A DNA stretch of 64,000 bases from a virus (Duplodnaviria > Caudoviricetes): the IMG/VR virus record IMGVR_UViG_3300012344_000013, positions 32,001 to 96,000 of that record; one strand, written 5' to 3'. Both the position numbers and the translations under genes were made by a program. Below are positions 48,175 to 57,903 of this stretch, in pieces; within the stretch, counting starts at the first letter, position 1; every line of letters starts with the position of its first letter. The notes under the pieces were generated by a model. That model had not been told where the DNA came from. It ran no database searches and saw only the letters and a program-made list of their open reading frames with translations.

Positions 48175-49319
48175 TGAAGTTATTGATGCTTAATCCTATG
48201 CAAGGTGTAGGTAAAGAAGAACTCGGACATATAGGTGATTATGAACAGATGGGACTAGCTAAAAAATGCGTTGAATTAGGCCACACCGTTCATATAATTA
48301 AAATGAATAAAAATATAATTAGTAGTTTTAATGGTATTACTTATAAACATTTTGATAATCTCGATGATTTAGATTCTTATGATTATCTGTTTATACAGAA
48401 TTTTGCACCTAATATTTTTGGTGGTGTAGTAATTCCTCGTTGGGTAGATAGTTATAAACTAATGGCTAGTTTTAAGAAACCTATTTGCTACATGTTTAGT
48501 GATTTGCGTTTGCATTTGAAACAAATGTGGAGAATGTTTGCTAATAAAGATTTATCTAATTTTCCTGGGCTTTGTGAAAAAGATGTAAAAATAACTTCTG
48601 ATATTATATATGTTTGTCAAGGTTATGATGATGCTTTGAATTATAAGTATTCTCATAAAAAGGGTTTATATACAGAAGGTCTGAATGTTACTAAAGTACT
48701 AAAATATCCTTATTATTTTGCACCTATTAGTTTAATGGATTCTAAATATTTTGATATAAATAGAGAATATAATCCCAATAGAGAATATGATTTGTATTAT
48801 GGAGCTAGTTCTTTAAGAGATGGGAAAAGAAATGAGGAATTTTTAGATTATTTCTTTAATAGAGATATTAGAACTGCTATGTATGGTTCTGTAAAGTTAG
48901 AACAGTTCAAGATGGATTTTACTGGATATAAGGTTCCTGAAATAAATTCAAAGCTTAAACAAACTGGTGTAGTTGATGAGAATAAGCGTGGATTTGCTAC
49001 AATTCTTATGGGTGATAAGGATTATAGAAATAATATGATTACTCTTAGAGTATACGAATCGTTATTAGCTGATATGGTTTGTTTTGTAGATTATAAATTC
49101 GATAGTAATAAAGTTATATTCAAAGATTCTGAATTTTTGAAAGATTATCTATATGTTAAATCTGGGAAAGAATTAGAAACTAAAATTAAAGAACTTAAAA
49201 ATGATTCTAAATTATTGCATAAAGTAATTGAAGAGCAGAGAAAAGTGATGTATAATGCTTTTAGTCAAGATAAGTTCAAAGAACAAACTAGAATTTTACT
49301 TGAACAAATATGCAAATAA
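48174..49319 (+). CDS. bgt: DNA beta-glucosyltransferase (T4 BGT-like)
   Basis: Colinear motifs recalled from T4 BGT: N.FGG, 'MA..K..I.Y.F.D.RL', 'QG', 'D..YG...R.G.R', 'GDK.Y..N.ITLRV.E..(A/S)D....D..FD'. Confidence 0.85.
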   Translation: MKLLMLNPMQGVGKEELGHIGDYEQMGLAKKCVELGHTVHIIKMNKNIISSFNGITYKHFDNLDDLDSYDYLFIQNFAPNIFGGVVIPRWVDSYKLMASFKKPICYMFSDLRLHLKQMWRMFANKDLSNFPGLCEKDVKITSDIIYVCQGYDDALNYKYSHKKGLYTEGLNVTKVLKYPYYFAPISLMDSKYFDINREYNPNREYDLYYGASSLRDGKRNEEFLDYFFNRDIRTAMYGSVKLEQFKMDFTGYKVPEINSKLKQTGVVDENKRGFATILMGDKDYRNNMITLRVYESLLADMVCFVDYKFDSNKVIFKDSEFLKDYLYVKSGKELETKIKELKNDSKLLHKVIEEQRKVMYNAFSQDKFKEQTRILLEQICK

Positions 49320-49332
49320 AGAAGGTAAGTAG

Positions 49333-50259
49333 ATGTACAAAAATTTTCAAGAAGCTTATTATAGCGTGTTAAAAGATGTTTACGTTAACGGCGATTCTGT
49401 AACAGTACGCGGTTTAGAAATGCACGAAAAGATTCCATATTATTTTGAAATAGCTAATCCAAGAGATAGACTATTAAATATTGATTGCAGGAAGAATACT
49501 AGAAAGTATACATTTGGAGAACTAATGTGGTATTTATCTGGTAGAGATGACGTAGCTTTTATAAGTAAGTATTCTAAAGTATGGGGTAGACTTTCTGATG
49601 ATGGAATCCACAGTAATTCGGCATATGGAAAGTATATATTTAAGCCTATGCCTAATATAGGATTTGGTTCGGAATATACTGGTTCTAATGACCCTAATTA
49701 TAATTCTAATCTTTCATTCAAAACACAATGGGATTACGTTAAAGAGATATTGCAAAAGGACCCTTATTCTAGACAAGCAGTTATTCATATAAAACCTGTT
49801 CAAATGTATGATACCAAAGATATAACTTGTACTTATTTTCTTCAATTTTTTATTAGAAATAATAAATTGGATTTAGTAGTTGGTATGCGTTCAAACGATA
49901 TTATATATGGCACTACTTATGACATATTTATGTTTACATTTATGCAAGAATTGATGGCTGCGGAACTAGGAATAGATGTGGGTACATATAAGCATTTTGC
50001 AAGTAATATGCATGTTTATATGAAAGATAAAGAAATAGTAGAGAAGATACTAAGAGAAGACGCAGCTAGTAGAAGTACATTCGCATTTGATAAGATTCCA
50101 TCTAATTTTAGAGAGTATGATTTGCCGATTTTATTAGAATTAGAAAAAGCATATTGGGAGCATAAAGATGATTCAAATGCAGTTGATATTTATACTAAAA
50201 TGGGTTATTATACGTTAAGTAATGTAGGTAGACAGTTATTTAGTTTACTTATAGATTAA
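49333..50259 (+). CDS. dCMP hydroxymethylase (thymidylate synthase superfamily)
   Basis: TS fold ('EL.WYLSG', 'SRQA', catalytic Cys in 'DITCT', 'MRSND') with Asp at the specificity position ('GTTYD') and 'MHVY'. Confidence 0.75.
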   Translation: MYKNFQEAYYSVLKDVYVNGDSVTVRGLEMHEKIPYYFEIANPRDRLLNIDCRKNTRKYTFGELMWYLSGRDDVAFISKYSKVWGRLSDDGIHSNSAYGKYIFKPMPNIGFGSEYTGSNDPNYNSNLSFKTQWDYVKEILQKDPYSRQAVIHIKPVQMYDTKDITCTYFLQFFIRNNKLDLVVGMRSNDIIYGTTYDIFMFTFMQELMAAELGIDVGTYKHFASNMHVYMKDKEIVEKILREDAASRSTFAFDKIPSNFREYDLPILLELEKAYWEHKDDSNAVDIYTKMGYYTLSNVGRQLFSLLID

Positions 50260-50270
50260 GGAGGATTTGT

Positions 50271-50762
50271 ATGAGGATTTGTAGAATAAGAGATGTAAAA
50301 CTTCCTAATAGAGGAACAGATAAATCAGCTGGGATTGATTTCTTTGTTCCAGAGAATACGGGAGATTTTGTAAATGCGTTTGTAGATAAGAATAAAGATA
50401 TTACTATAGATGATAATGGTATTTTTATTGAGCCTGGTCAGCGTGTAAATATTCCCAGTGGCATCAAAGCAAATGTACCTGAAGGGTATGCACTAATAGC
50501 TTATAATAAATCGGGTGTTAGCTTGAAATATGGCCTTGATATCGGCGCAAGTGTAGTAGATGAGGATTATCAAGGAGAGATACATCTTTCATTAGTAAAT
50601 ACTTCTAATAAGCAAGTTAAACTCGAATATGGGCAGAAGATAATTCAGTTTATTTTAATACCTGTATTCTACGATAATATTGAAGAAGTTTCTGAAAAAA
50701 ATTGTTTTGATTTTGAAACTCAACGTGGTTCAGGAGCGTTTGGTTCTACAGGAGTTAAATAA
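50271..50762 (+). CDS. dut: Trimeric dUTPase-family pyrophosphatase
   Basis: 'AGIDF', 'KSG', 'VVDEDYQGEI', 'RGSGAFGSTG'. Confidence 0.88.
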   Translation: MRICRIRDVKLPNRGTDKSAGIDFFVPENTGDFVNAFVDKNKDITIDDNGIFIEPGQRVNIPSGIKANVPEGYALIAYNKSGVSLKYGLDIGASVVDEDYQGEIHLSLVNTSNKQVKLEYGQKIIQFILIPVFYDNIEEVSEKNCFDFETQRGSGAFGSTGVK

Positions 50763-50857
50763 ACTACAATAGATTCTAATGTTAGAAATGATTCTTTTAT
50801 GGAGAATGGTATTTTATATACCTTATAAAAATAAATTGATTTAAGGGAGATAATTAA

Positions 50858-51151
50858 ATGAAATATTATAGTGAAAAATTGGGTAAACTTTTTGATACTG
50901 AAGGAGAGCTGAGAGAAAAAGAACAGGCTCATGAGGATAAAGCTACTAAATATAATGAAGAGCTTAGTAAATTGAGAAGTGAGTATACTTGTGCGCTTAA
51001 CGCACAGAATGAAATACATGCCGCTTATCTTGAAGCTCGTAAGAAAACTCAGAAAGCTGCTAATGCATATAATAAGAAATTAGCAGAAAATCCTTATATT
51101 AAAAATGATTTTTTCTATGATTGGTTTAGAGGTTTTCATGAAGATAACTAA
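50858..51151 (+). CDS. Coiled-coil hypothetical protein
   Basis: AAGGGAG RBS; 'MKYYSE.L.KLFDT' N-terminus. Confidence 0.55.
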   Translation: MKYYSEKLGKLFDTEGELREKEQAHEDKATKYNEELSKLRSEYTCALNAQNEIHAAYLEARKKTQKAANAYNKKLAENPYIKNDFFYDWFRGFHEDN

Positions 51152-51323
51152 TCAAGAGCTATGGGCTAAGTTAGAATACTGCTTAGCCCATTATGATAAA
51201 GTATTCATAAATGGCGAGGAAATAAAAGATTTAGATGCTTATATGTCAGGTAAAACAATAATTGATATTAAATGGGAAGACATTATTGTTAAAACTAATC
51301 ATATGCGAATAGTTGGTGAGTAA
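51138..51323 (+). CDS. Small hypothetical protein, likely start at ATG 51138 (MKITNQ)
   Basis: GAGG RBS upstream; coupled to the next gene. Confidence 0.45.
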   Translation: MKITNQELWAKLEYCLAHYDKVFINGEEIKDLDAYMSGKTIIDIKWEDIIVKTNHMRIVGE

Positions 51324-52027
51324 TGAAGGAATATTTTGTAGTAACAGATGTACATGGATTTTATTCCATTTTAATCAAAGCACTTAGAGATGCAGGATTT
51401 GAGGAAGGCAATCCTAATCATATTCTTATTTCTTGTGGAGATTTACTTGATAGAGGCCCTGAGCCTTTGCAGTGTCTTAAGTTCGTAAATAAATTATTTA
51501 CCGAGAATAGAGCTATCCTTATAAGAGGTAATCATGAGGACCTTATGGATGACATGATTGAAAGAGGGTTTCAATTAGCTCACGATAAGCATAATGGTAC
51601 TATAGAAACTGCAAGAATTCTTACAAATCATTCTGAAAGAGATATCGATTGGATATGGGAATCTATAAGTGATATGGTTGTTCAAAGCGATTACAATCTT
51701 TATAGAGCTTCATTAGTAAACAATTACGAATTAAATGATTATATATTTGTACACGGTTGGGTTCCTAGTGAAACATCTGACTGGAAGCATGCTTGCTGGC
51801 TTAATGGAATGGAAGAGTGGCATAGAGGTAATATCATAGAAAATAAAACTATTGTATGCGGACATTGGTATACTTCTTTTGGACATTACTATTATGGTGA
51901 TGCTAAAAGTGAATGGGGACCTGAGGCTAATTTTAATCCATTTGTAGGAAAAGGTATTATAGCACTGGATGCGTGTACAGCATATAGTAAGCAAATAAAC
52001 GTATTCAAGTTTGAGGTAAAAGAATGA
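51323..52027 (+). CDS. Ser/Thr phosphatase-like metallophosphoesterase
   Basis: DVHG, GDLLDRG, RGNHE, VHG, GH motifs. Confidence 0.88.
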   Translation: MKEYFVVTDVHGFYSILIKALRDAGFEEGNPNHILISCGDLLDRGPEPLQCLKFVNKLFTENRAILIRGNHEDLMDDMIERGFQLAHDKHNGTIETARILTNHSERDIDWIWESISDMVVQSDYNLYRASLVNNYELNDYIFVHGWVPSETSDWKHACWLNGMEEWHRGNIIENKTIVCGHWYTSFGHYYYGDAKSEWGPEANFNPFVGKGIIALDACTAYSKQINVFKFEVKE

Positions 52028-52338
52028 GCAGAAAACATGTACAACAGTATTATGAACAAATACTTAAAACAAGAGCTGAATTCTTAAAAGATAGTAAAGA
52101 ATTAGAAGAAGCTTGTAAAAACAATATGATAGATTCTTCTGTATTAGAGAATCATAAAAAGGCATTTTTACCTATTGAAGAGGCGTATAACAGATGGACT
52201 TATATGATGTATTTGTTGAATATGCCTAATAAAAAAGAAAAGAAAAAGTCTTATGAGAAAAGAAATAAAGAAAAGATAGATAATATTTCAAATAAATATA
52301 AAGATGATGGCTTAATAGATAAAGATAAATCTAAGTAA
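52024..52338 (+). CDS. Hypothetical protein
   Basis: Coupled ORF. Confidence 0.5.
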   Translation: MSRKHVQQYYEQILKTRAEFLKDSKELEEACKNNMIDSSVLENHKKAFLPIEEAYNRWTYMMYLLNMPNKKEKKKSYEKRNKEKIDNISNKYKDDGLIDKDKSK

Positions 52339-52359
52339 GTTAAAACAGAGCTAAATTAT

Positions 52360-52626
52360 TTGTATAGGAGAATAAAGCAAATGGATGATTTAATATCAAA
52401 ATTTGGAATTCAAGTAGATAACAATAACGAAAAGAGAATCGTTGTAGGAATAACTGAAAAAGAATATAATCGTATATATAATATATTATCTAAAGACAGA
52501 GAATTTGAAGAAGTAGATACCTCTAATATAGATAATACAATATATGAATCAGATAAATATATGGTAACACTTCAGTTTAATGAAGAGGAAGAAGACCCAT
52601 ATGTACTAATCATGGAGGAGAAATAA
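52360..52626 (+). CDS. Hypothetical protein, probable start ATG 52381
   Basis: AGGAG RBS before ATG 52381. Confidence 0.5.
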   Translation: MYRRIKQMDDLISKFGIQVDNNNEKRIVVGITEKEYNRIYNILSKDREFEEVDTSNIDNTIYESDKYMVTLQFNEEEEDPYVLIMEEK

Positions 52627-52628
52627 AG

Positions 52629-53315
52629 TTGAAAGAAATAATATTAGATGAGAATATTCTTACAAGGTCAGAAGAAGTAGATTTAGTAAAAGAAGCTAAG
52701 TTAGTAAAAGAAATAGTATCTGAACTTAAACATGTAATAAAGCATACTGATGGAATGGTAAGTTTATCAGCTCCTCAAATAGGATATTATAAAAGAATAT
52801 TTGTAGTAAAGTATGGGGATAATTTCAGAACTTATATAAATCCTATGTTAACAGAAGCAACAGGATTTTGTATGTCAAGAGAAACATGTCATAGTAATCC
52901 TAATAAAAAATATATAATTCCTAGATGTACAAAGATTAAAGTAGCTTATATGATTCCTGAAGATTCAGAAAATTATACTGAAGAAGAGTTAGCAGGAATG
53001 TCAGCAATAGTAATACAACATCAGATAAATCATCTAGATAGTGTACCTCTTGATTGTTTAGGATTAGAGATAGATGAAGATTTTGAGAATGCTTCTGATG
53101 AAGAGCAAGATGAGATTATAAATATGTTTATAAAATCTCTTCAGAAAAGACAAGATAATCTTATAGAAGAGATAAATAAAGATAAAGAGCTTAAGAAAGC
53201 AATGACAGCAATAGATAATGTAATAAACACTGTGAAAGGAGAGAAAGGTACTACTGGAAAAGTAATACCTATTAAAAATGGCAAACGAAGTAAAGATTCA
53301 AATAAAGAGAAATAA
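52629..53315 (+). CDS. def: Peptide deformylase homologue with degenerate active-site motifs
   Basis: 'SLSAPQIG' (canonical GxGLAAxQIG), 'YINP', 'ETCHS' (EGCLS), 'QHQINHL' (QHExDHL). Confidence 0.8.
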   Translation: MKEIILDENILTRSEEVDLVKEAKLVKEIVSELKHVIKHTDGMVSLSAPQIGYYKRIFVVKYGDNFRTYINPMLTEATGFCMSRETCHSNPNKKYIIPRCTKIKVAYMIPEDSENYTEEELAGMSAIVIQHQINHLDSVPLDCLGLEIDEDFENASDEEQDEIINMFIKSLQKRQDNLIEEINKDKELKKAMTAIDNVINTVKGEKGTTGKVIPIKNGKRSKDSNKEK

Positions 53316-53733
53316 TGAAGCTACTACACAACCACCTAATACTCTTGACTATGGCGAGCCCGCTATATTTCAATCTACAGAAAGTACTTCTTTATATTCA
53401 GGAGATAGGGATAAAGATGCTATTAAAATAGCAGACTCAAAGATATTAGCAGATAGTGAGAAAGCAGTAGAATATCTTAAAACTGGTGAAGCAGTAGATG
53501 GTATAGGCGAAGGTGTTCTTAAAGATTGGAAGATAGCTAAAAATGGTAGCGTAAGTACTTTATCTCAAGAAAATGACACTGATAAAATAGAATTAACTCC
53601 TGCTTTTCTAAATATAGAAAATGGCACTATAACTTCTAATATAAATGATGTGAAAACTACAAATAAGATAGGGAAAGCTTCTTTTACTTATAACTCTGCT
53701 AAAGAAGCTGTAATAATCTCCTTTGAAGATTGA
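53278..53733 (+). CDS. Tail fibre-associated protein with Mtd-N-like N-terminus
   Basis: 'KIQIKR......P..L.YGEP' motif common at tail fibre N-termini. Confidence 0.55.
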   Translation: MANEVKIQIKRNNEATTQPPNTLDYGEPAIFQSTESTSLYSGDRDKDAIKIADSKILADSEKAVEYLKTGEAVDGIGEGVLKDWKIAKNGSVSTLSQENDTDKIELTPAFLNIENGTITSNINDVKTTNKIGKASFTYNSAKEAVIISFED

Positions 53734-53745
53734 GGTACTTGATAT

Positions 53746-56655
53746 ATGGCAATTGAAGTAAGAGCATACCCTGGTAATGTAGTAGAAACTGGTACAGGTA
53801 ATAGTGGCGCAAGAGCTGTATTAAATGTAACAAATATTACTACTAGTGGAAACGGAAAACAATACTCCTACGAATGTTATTTAGAAGTTACAAAAGGCGA
53901 TTGGTATGGAACTAATTTTAACATAAATTGGGCTCCATGGCAATCTTCTAATCCCCATCAAGTTAGTATAGGCAATAGATTATATGTAGGTAAATTTACT
54001 ACTGGTATTATTGCTTGGGGTAACACTATTACTTTATCTTGTTCCGCAGTATATAATAAGCATGGAAAAGTTACCACAGTATCAATATCAGAACAAGTTG
54101 ACCAACCTTGGCAGTATGCTGTAGACTATGCAGGGACAAACGGTTTTGCTGGATGGGTAAAGGGTCCTTCTATATATACTAAAGTACTTCATTTTTGTGT
54201 AGCTGGAATACGTGTAGGTGTTACTGATGCTAATATTTATAGAGCAGATGTTGGCGGTAATTATGGATTTAATTTTACAACAAATTTATATGACACTCTA
54301 AAAAAAGAAGGTACTTTTCAATATACTATATATGCAATAACTTCTACTGGCTCTAATCCACCCATAGCAACTGGGGATGTAACTGTTAAACAAATTACCA
54401 ATCCTGTAAAAGTAACTTCTATATCGGCAGGTAATGATTCTTTAGGTTGGGGAAATACTTATAGAGTTTTATCTAATTCTTCAGGTAAAGTTACAGGAGA
54501 TTCTTTATCAGACTTAAAGTATAGGGTACAGATAGATAATGGCGGATATTCAGAAGAATTTAAGCAATATGTTGTATTTGACGATTCTACTTATACTTTA
54601 CACGAATTGAGTTCGGTTGGGGATAATTATTTATTTGAAACAGATAGTAGTATGGCTACTGATTCTATTCTTAATTATTTACAAAAAGGTTTATTAGCAT
54701 TTCCTGTAACTGTAGAAACGTCCATTAGCGCTGCTTCAAAAGATATCGTAAATACATATAACTATGATACTCCTACTATAGTAGATTTTAATAAACTTTA
54801 TGAAGAAGAAGTGCGTAGAAATATAAGAAGATTAGATGATGGAACTACTAGTGTAACATTTGCTATTAAATATCCTAAATCATATACTTTAAGTACTGTT
54901 GTTCCTGATAAAGTAACTATAAACGATATAGATTATGCAGGAGCATTTACAGTTAAGAATTTAGGCGATAATTTATTATCTTTTAATACTATAATTCCTG
55001 CCAGTATGTTAGGTGAAGAAGATAGAGGCACTTTCTCTGCAGAATTTTCTGATAATATATCTTCAGTACAGCTATCTTTTAATTTACCTGCTATGTATGA
55101 TAATGATATAGTAATAGGTAGAAAGAAGGTAGGAATTCCTGCAGTAGGTGTAGATTATACTAGTACAAGTAAAACAGATATTGATATAAATAGTTTTGAT
55201 GATGTAACTACTGATTCTATTTCACTATTTGATGGGTATAGCGTATACAAGAATGCAATACCTAGAAATACAGCGAGTCCTTTTGATAAGAGCTATTATA
55301 AAATAGGTACAGATAGTGCAGTTATTGAAAGTGCATTAGAAAGTCAAAGACATACTATTAAGATAAATGGTACTGAGATAGAGAGAGTAGAGTTTAATAA
55401 TGCTCGTACTAATAAAGATGCAGAAGCAGCTCCGTATAATAATTATCCTATATCATTACCAAATTACCAAGAGAGCGTAGACATAGAATTTAACTCGGAT
55501 ACGGCTAAAACAAAGCAGGTTTCGGGAAATTTTAATCATTGGGATGATGTTGAGATATATGGAGTATGTGTATTAGCAGACGGCGAGGGTAATCAAGTAG
55601 AACCTGTGCCGACTGACCCAGGTGTGCTACTAAATTCATCCAAGATAACTGAATATTATTACGGTAGTCAGGGCGGCGGAGAGACATCAGTAGATTGGGT
55701 GATAGATTCATATTTACCAAATAGAACGCATCAGATATCTGATTGGAGCATCCCTGAAGGTGAAAGCATAGCCGTAACAACAAACGATTACTATAACAGT
55801 GAGCACAGTACATTAACAGTAAGTCAAGTAATAACAAGCACAGATACAAGCAAAGTACCTGTTGGGGCATTTATAGTGCCCCTAAACTTCAGTTTGAATT
55901 GGGTAACTAAGGTGGAAATAAGTTATGCAATACCTATTACTTCCTACATAGTAATAACAAACAATTATATGACAGGTCCTTATATTCCTATAATTATACC
56001 TAATAGCATAACTAAAGAGGAATTGGATAGATTTTTTGAATATGTAGCTACATATTCATATCTTCCATATGATTATGCGACTACATCTTTTGAAAGTTCA
56101 GAATATAAAATAGTTGCAGAAAATGTATTAGAGCAATACGTTGCACATCTAAAAACAGTACAGCAGAATAATACGTTTAATTGGGATATTATCTGCTATC
56201 CAATAGATGAGGAAAACACTTACTTGCATTACCTATATAGTCCTACTGAAGGGTTAGGGAAAGCGGCACTGCCTTCTATGGAGATTTTAGGAACCATGAC
56301 TCACACGATACCAGTCGTTAATACATATAATATAGTATCTAATGATTATTATAATAATGGTTTACCCAATATAAAATTCTCACAAGTATTGGATAGCGAT
56401 TTAGAGGAGATATACAGGGGAGATTTAATAGCTACTAGTACATCTGGAATTACAGAAGTTCATTATGAGTTTAACGAACCTGCTGAAGAAAGCGATTTCA
56501 TTTACTGTCAATGTAAGGAATTTATAGAGGGAGATGAAGCTGGATTTTCAGCCCCTGCAAATGTATTAGCAAAAGAATTTATAGAAGATGCAGAAGATAA
56601 TAATGTATATATAGGTAAAAATAAGACTCAATTTAATGAGTTGATTGAAGTATAA
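53746..56655 (+). CDS. Large beta-rich tail fibre/receptor-binding protein
   Basis: 969 aa, T/S/N/Y-rich; C-terminal 'EFIE' repeats typical of phage fibre ends. Confidence 0.55.
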   Translation: MAIEVRAYPGNVVETGTGNSGARAVLNVTNITTSGNGKQYSYECYLEVTKGDWYGTNFNINWAPWQSSNPHQVSIGNRLYVGKFTTGIIAWGNTITLSCSAVYNKHGKVTTVSISEQVDQPWQYAVDYAGTNGFAGWVKGPSIYTKVLHFCVAGIRVGVTDANIYRADVGGNYGFNFTTNLYDTLKKEGTFQYTIYAITSTGSNPPIATGDVTVKQITNPVKVTSISAGNDSLGWGNTYRVLSNSSGKVTGDSLSDLKYRVQIDNGGYSEEFKQYVVFDDSTYTLHELSSVGDNYLFETDSSMATDSILNYLQKGLLAFPVTVETSISAASKDIVNTYNYDTPTIVDFNKLYEEEVRRNIRRLDDGTTSVTFAIKYPKSYTLSTVVPDKVTINDIDYAGAFTVKNLGDNLLSFNTIIPASMLGEEDRGTFSAEFSDNISSVQLSFNLPAMYDNDIVIGRKKVGIPAVGVDYTSTSKTDIDINSFDDVTTDSISLFDGYSVYKNAIPRNTASPFDKSYYKIGTDSAVIESALESQRHTIKINGTEIERVEFNNARTNKDAEAAPYNNYPISLPNYQESVDIEFNSDTAKTKQVSGNFNHWDDVEIYGVCVLADGEGNQVEPVPTDPGVLLNSSKITEYYYGSQGGGETSVDWVIDSYLPNRTHQISDWSIPEGESIAVTTNDYYNSEHSTLTVSQVITSTDTSKVPVGAFIVPLNFSLNWVTKVEISYAIPITSYIVITNNYMTGPYIPIIIPNSITKEELDRFFEYVATYSYLPYDYATTSFESSEYKIVAENVLEQYVAHLKTVQQNNTFNWDIICYPIDEENTYLHYLYSPTEGLGKAALPSMEILGTMTHTIPVVNTYNIVSNDYYNNGLPNIKFSQVLDSDLEEIYRGDLIATSTSGITEVHYEFNEPAEESDFIYCQCKEFIEGDEAGFSAPANVLAKEFIEDAEDNNVYIGKNKTQFNELIEV

Positions 56656-56667
56656 GGAGATATAAAA

Positions 56668-56916
56668 ATGAATAAACCAGAACCTATTGTTTATGTTCAA
56701 AGTAAGGAGCTTATATTTGGAGCAGTTAATAAAGTACTTTCTGAATATAATTTACCTGCATATTTAGCAGAGGTAATTATAGACGAAGTAAGTAGACAAA
56801 TTAAACAGCTTTCACAAGAAGAACTTAATAGAGCTTTCAAAGACTTTGAAGAAGCAAATAAGCAAGAAGAAAAACAAGAAGATAGCAAAGAAGAAGAGGA
56901 TACTGCTGAAGCATGA
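56668..56916 (+). CDS. Small helical protein, possibly fibre-associated
   Basis: AAGGAG RBS; 'LP.Y..E.I' motif; follows fibre gene. Confidence 0.45.
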   Translation: MNKPEPIVYVQSKELIFGAVNKVLSEYNLPAYLAEVIIDEVSRQIKQLSQEELNRAFKDFEEANKQEEKQEDSKEEEDTAEA

Positions 56917-57533
56917 TGAATAATATAGTACTTAAAGGTTTGCTTAGAAATGTAGAATTTTCTCATAAAATTGGAGATATAGAATTCTACAGAGCAAATC
57001 TAGTTGTTAAACGTAATGATGGACATGAAGATGTTATTAGTGTTAAATGTAAGAAATACATTGTAGCAGATGGTGAGCAAGATAAGCAAGTAGAACTTAA
57101 AGGCAATATCCGTTCTTATACTCATAAAGATGGCGATAAGAATAAAGTAGATATCTATGTATTTACTTATTTTGATAAGCCTGATGAAGTAGAACTTGAT
57201 ATGGAAGATGCTCATTTTAATATTAACAATTACTTTACAGTAGATGGTAGAATTTGTAAGAAGAGTGAGATGCGAATTGTAGATAAATCAAAAGAAACGA
57301 TACACTTTATTCTTGCTAATACTATTGTAAATAAAGATAAAGTTCTTAATAACTATCTTCCTTGTATAGCTTGGGGAACTATGGCTAAGAAAATAAATGA
57401 AATGCCAGTAGGTAAAGAAATAGCTATTAAAGGTGAAATTCATTCCAGAGAATATAAAAAGATTCTCGATAATGGAGAAATTGAGATAAGAGTAGCTCAT
57501 GAGTTGCTTGTAAAAGAAATATATGAACTTTGA
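56913..57533 (+). CDS. ssb: Tandem-OB single-stranded DNA-binding protein
   Basis: Two OB folds: 'G.IRSY', 'YLPCIAWG..A', 'G.IHSREY.K', 'A.EL.V'. Confidence 0.8.
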   Translation: MMNNIVLKGLLRNVEFSHKIGDIEFYRANLVVKRNDGHEDVISVKCKKYIVADGEQDKQVELKGNIRSYTHKDGDKNKVDIYVFTYFDKPDEVELDMEDAHFNINNYFTVDGRICKKSEMRIVDKSKETIHFILANTIVNKDKVLNNYLPCIAWGTMAKKINEMPVGKEIAIKGEIHSREYKKILDNGEIEIRVAHELLVKEIYEL

Positions 57534-57873
57534 GTTTGATATAGAGAGAATAGCAAATAATTCTGTTGAGATAGAAGATATAGGAAATATTTGTTTAGTT
57601 GGAGTTAATGAGAAAAGCTTAGAATATTATTTAATAATAAAATCAGATTTAGGAATTGTCCAAACAATAGAGTATGGTCCATTGCAGCCTGATTTCGAGC
57701 AGTTACCTCCTAACGTAAGTTATACTTATAATAGATTTGAATGGAATCAAAATAGAGTATTAGGTATAATAAAATCTTTTCTTAATAATTCAAGATATGC
57801 ATTGAAACAAGTAGAAATAGTTTCTATAGATGAAGTAAAACAATTGATAAGGAGTATGGTAGACTTCATCTGA
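57523..57873 (+). CDS. Hypothetical protein
   Basis: Coupled ORF. Confidence 0.5.
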   Translation: MNFEFDIERIANNSVEIEDIGNICLVGVNEKSLEYYLIIKSDLGIVQTIEYGPLQPDFEQLPPNVSYTYNRFEWNQNRVLGIIKSFLNNSRYALKQVEIVSIDEVKQLIRSMVDFI

Positions 57874-57890
57874 GGTCTACCATATTTTTA
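57855..57890 (+). terminator. Rho-independent terminator
   Basis: TATGGTAGACTTCA/TGAGGTCTACCATA stem plus T run. Confidence 0.7.
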
Positions 57891-57903
57891 CCTTAAAAGT
57901 TAG

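Noticed and set aside
49333-50259. Ordinary thymidylate synthase ThyA
   Set aside because: Asp instead of Asn at the specificity position and adjacency to a BGT homologue favour a dCMP-modifying enzyme
53746-56655. Diversity-generating retroelement target
   Set aside because: No reverse transcriptase and no template/variable repeat pair visible in the window
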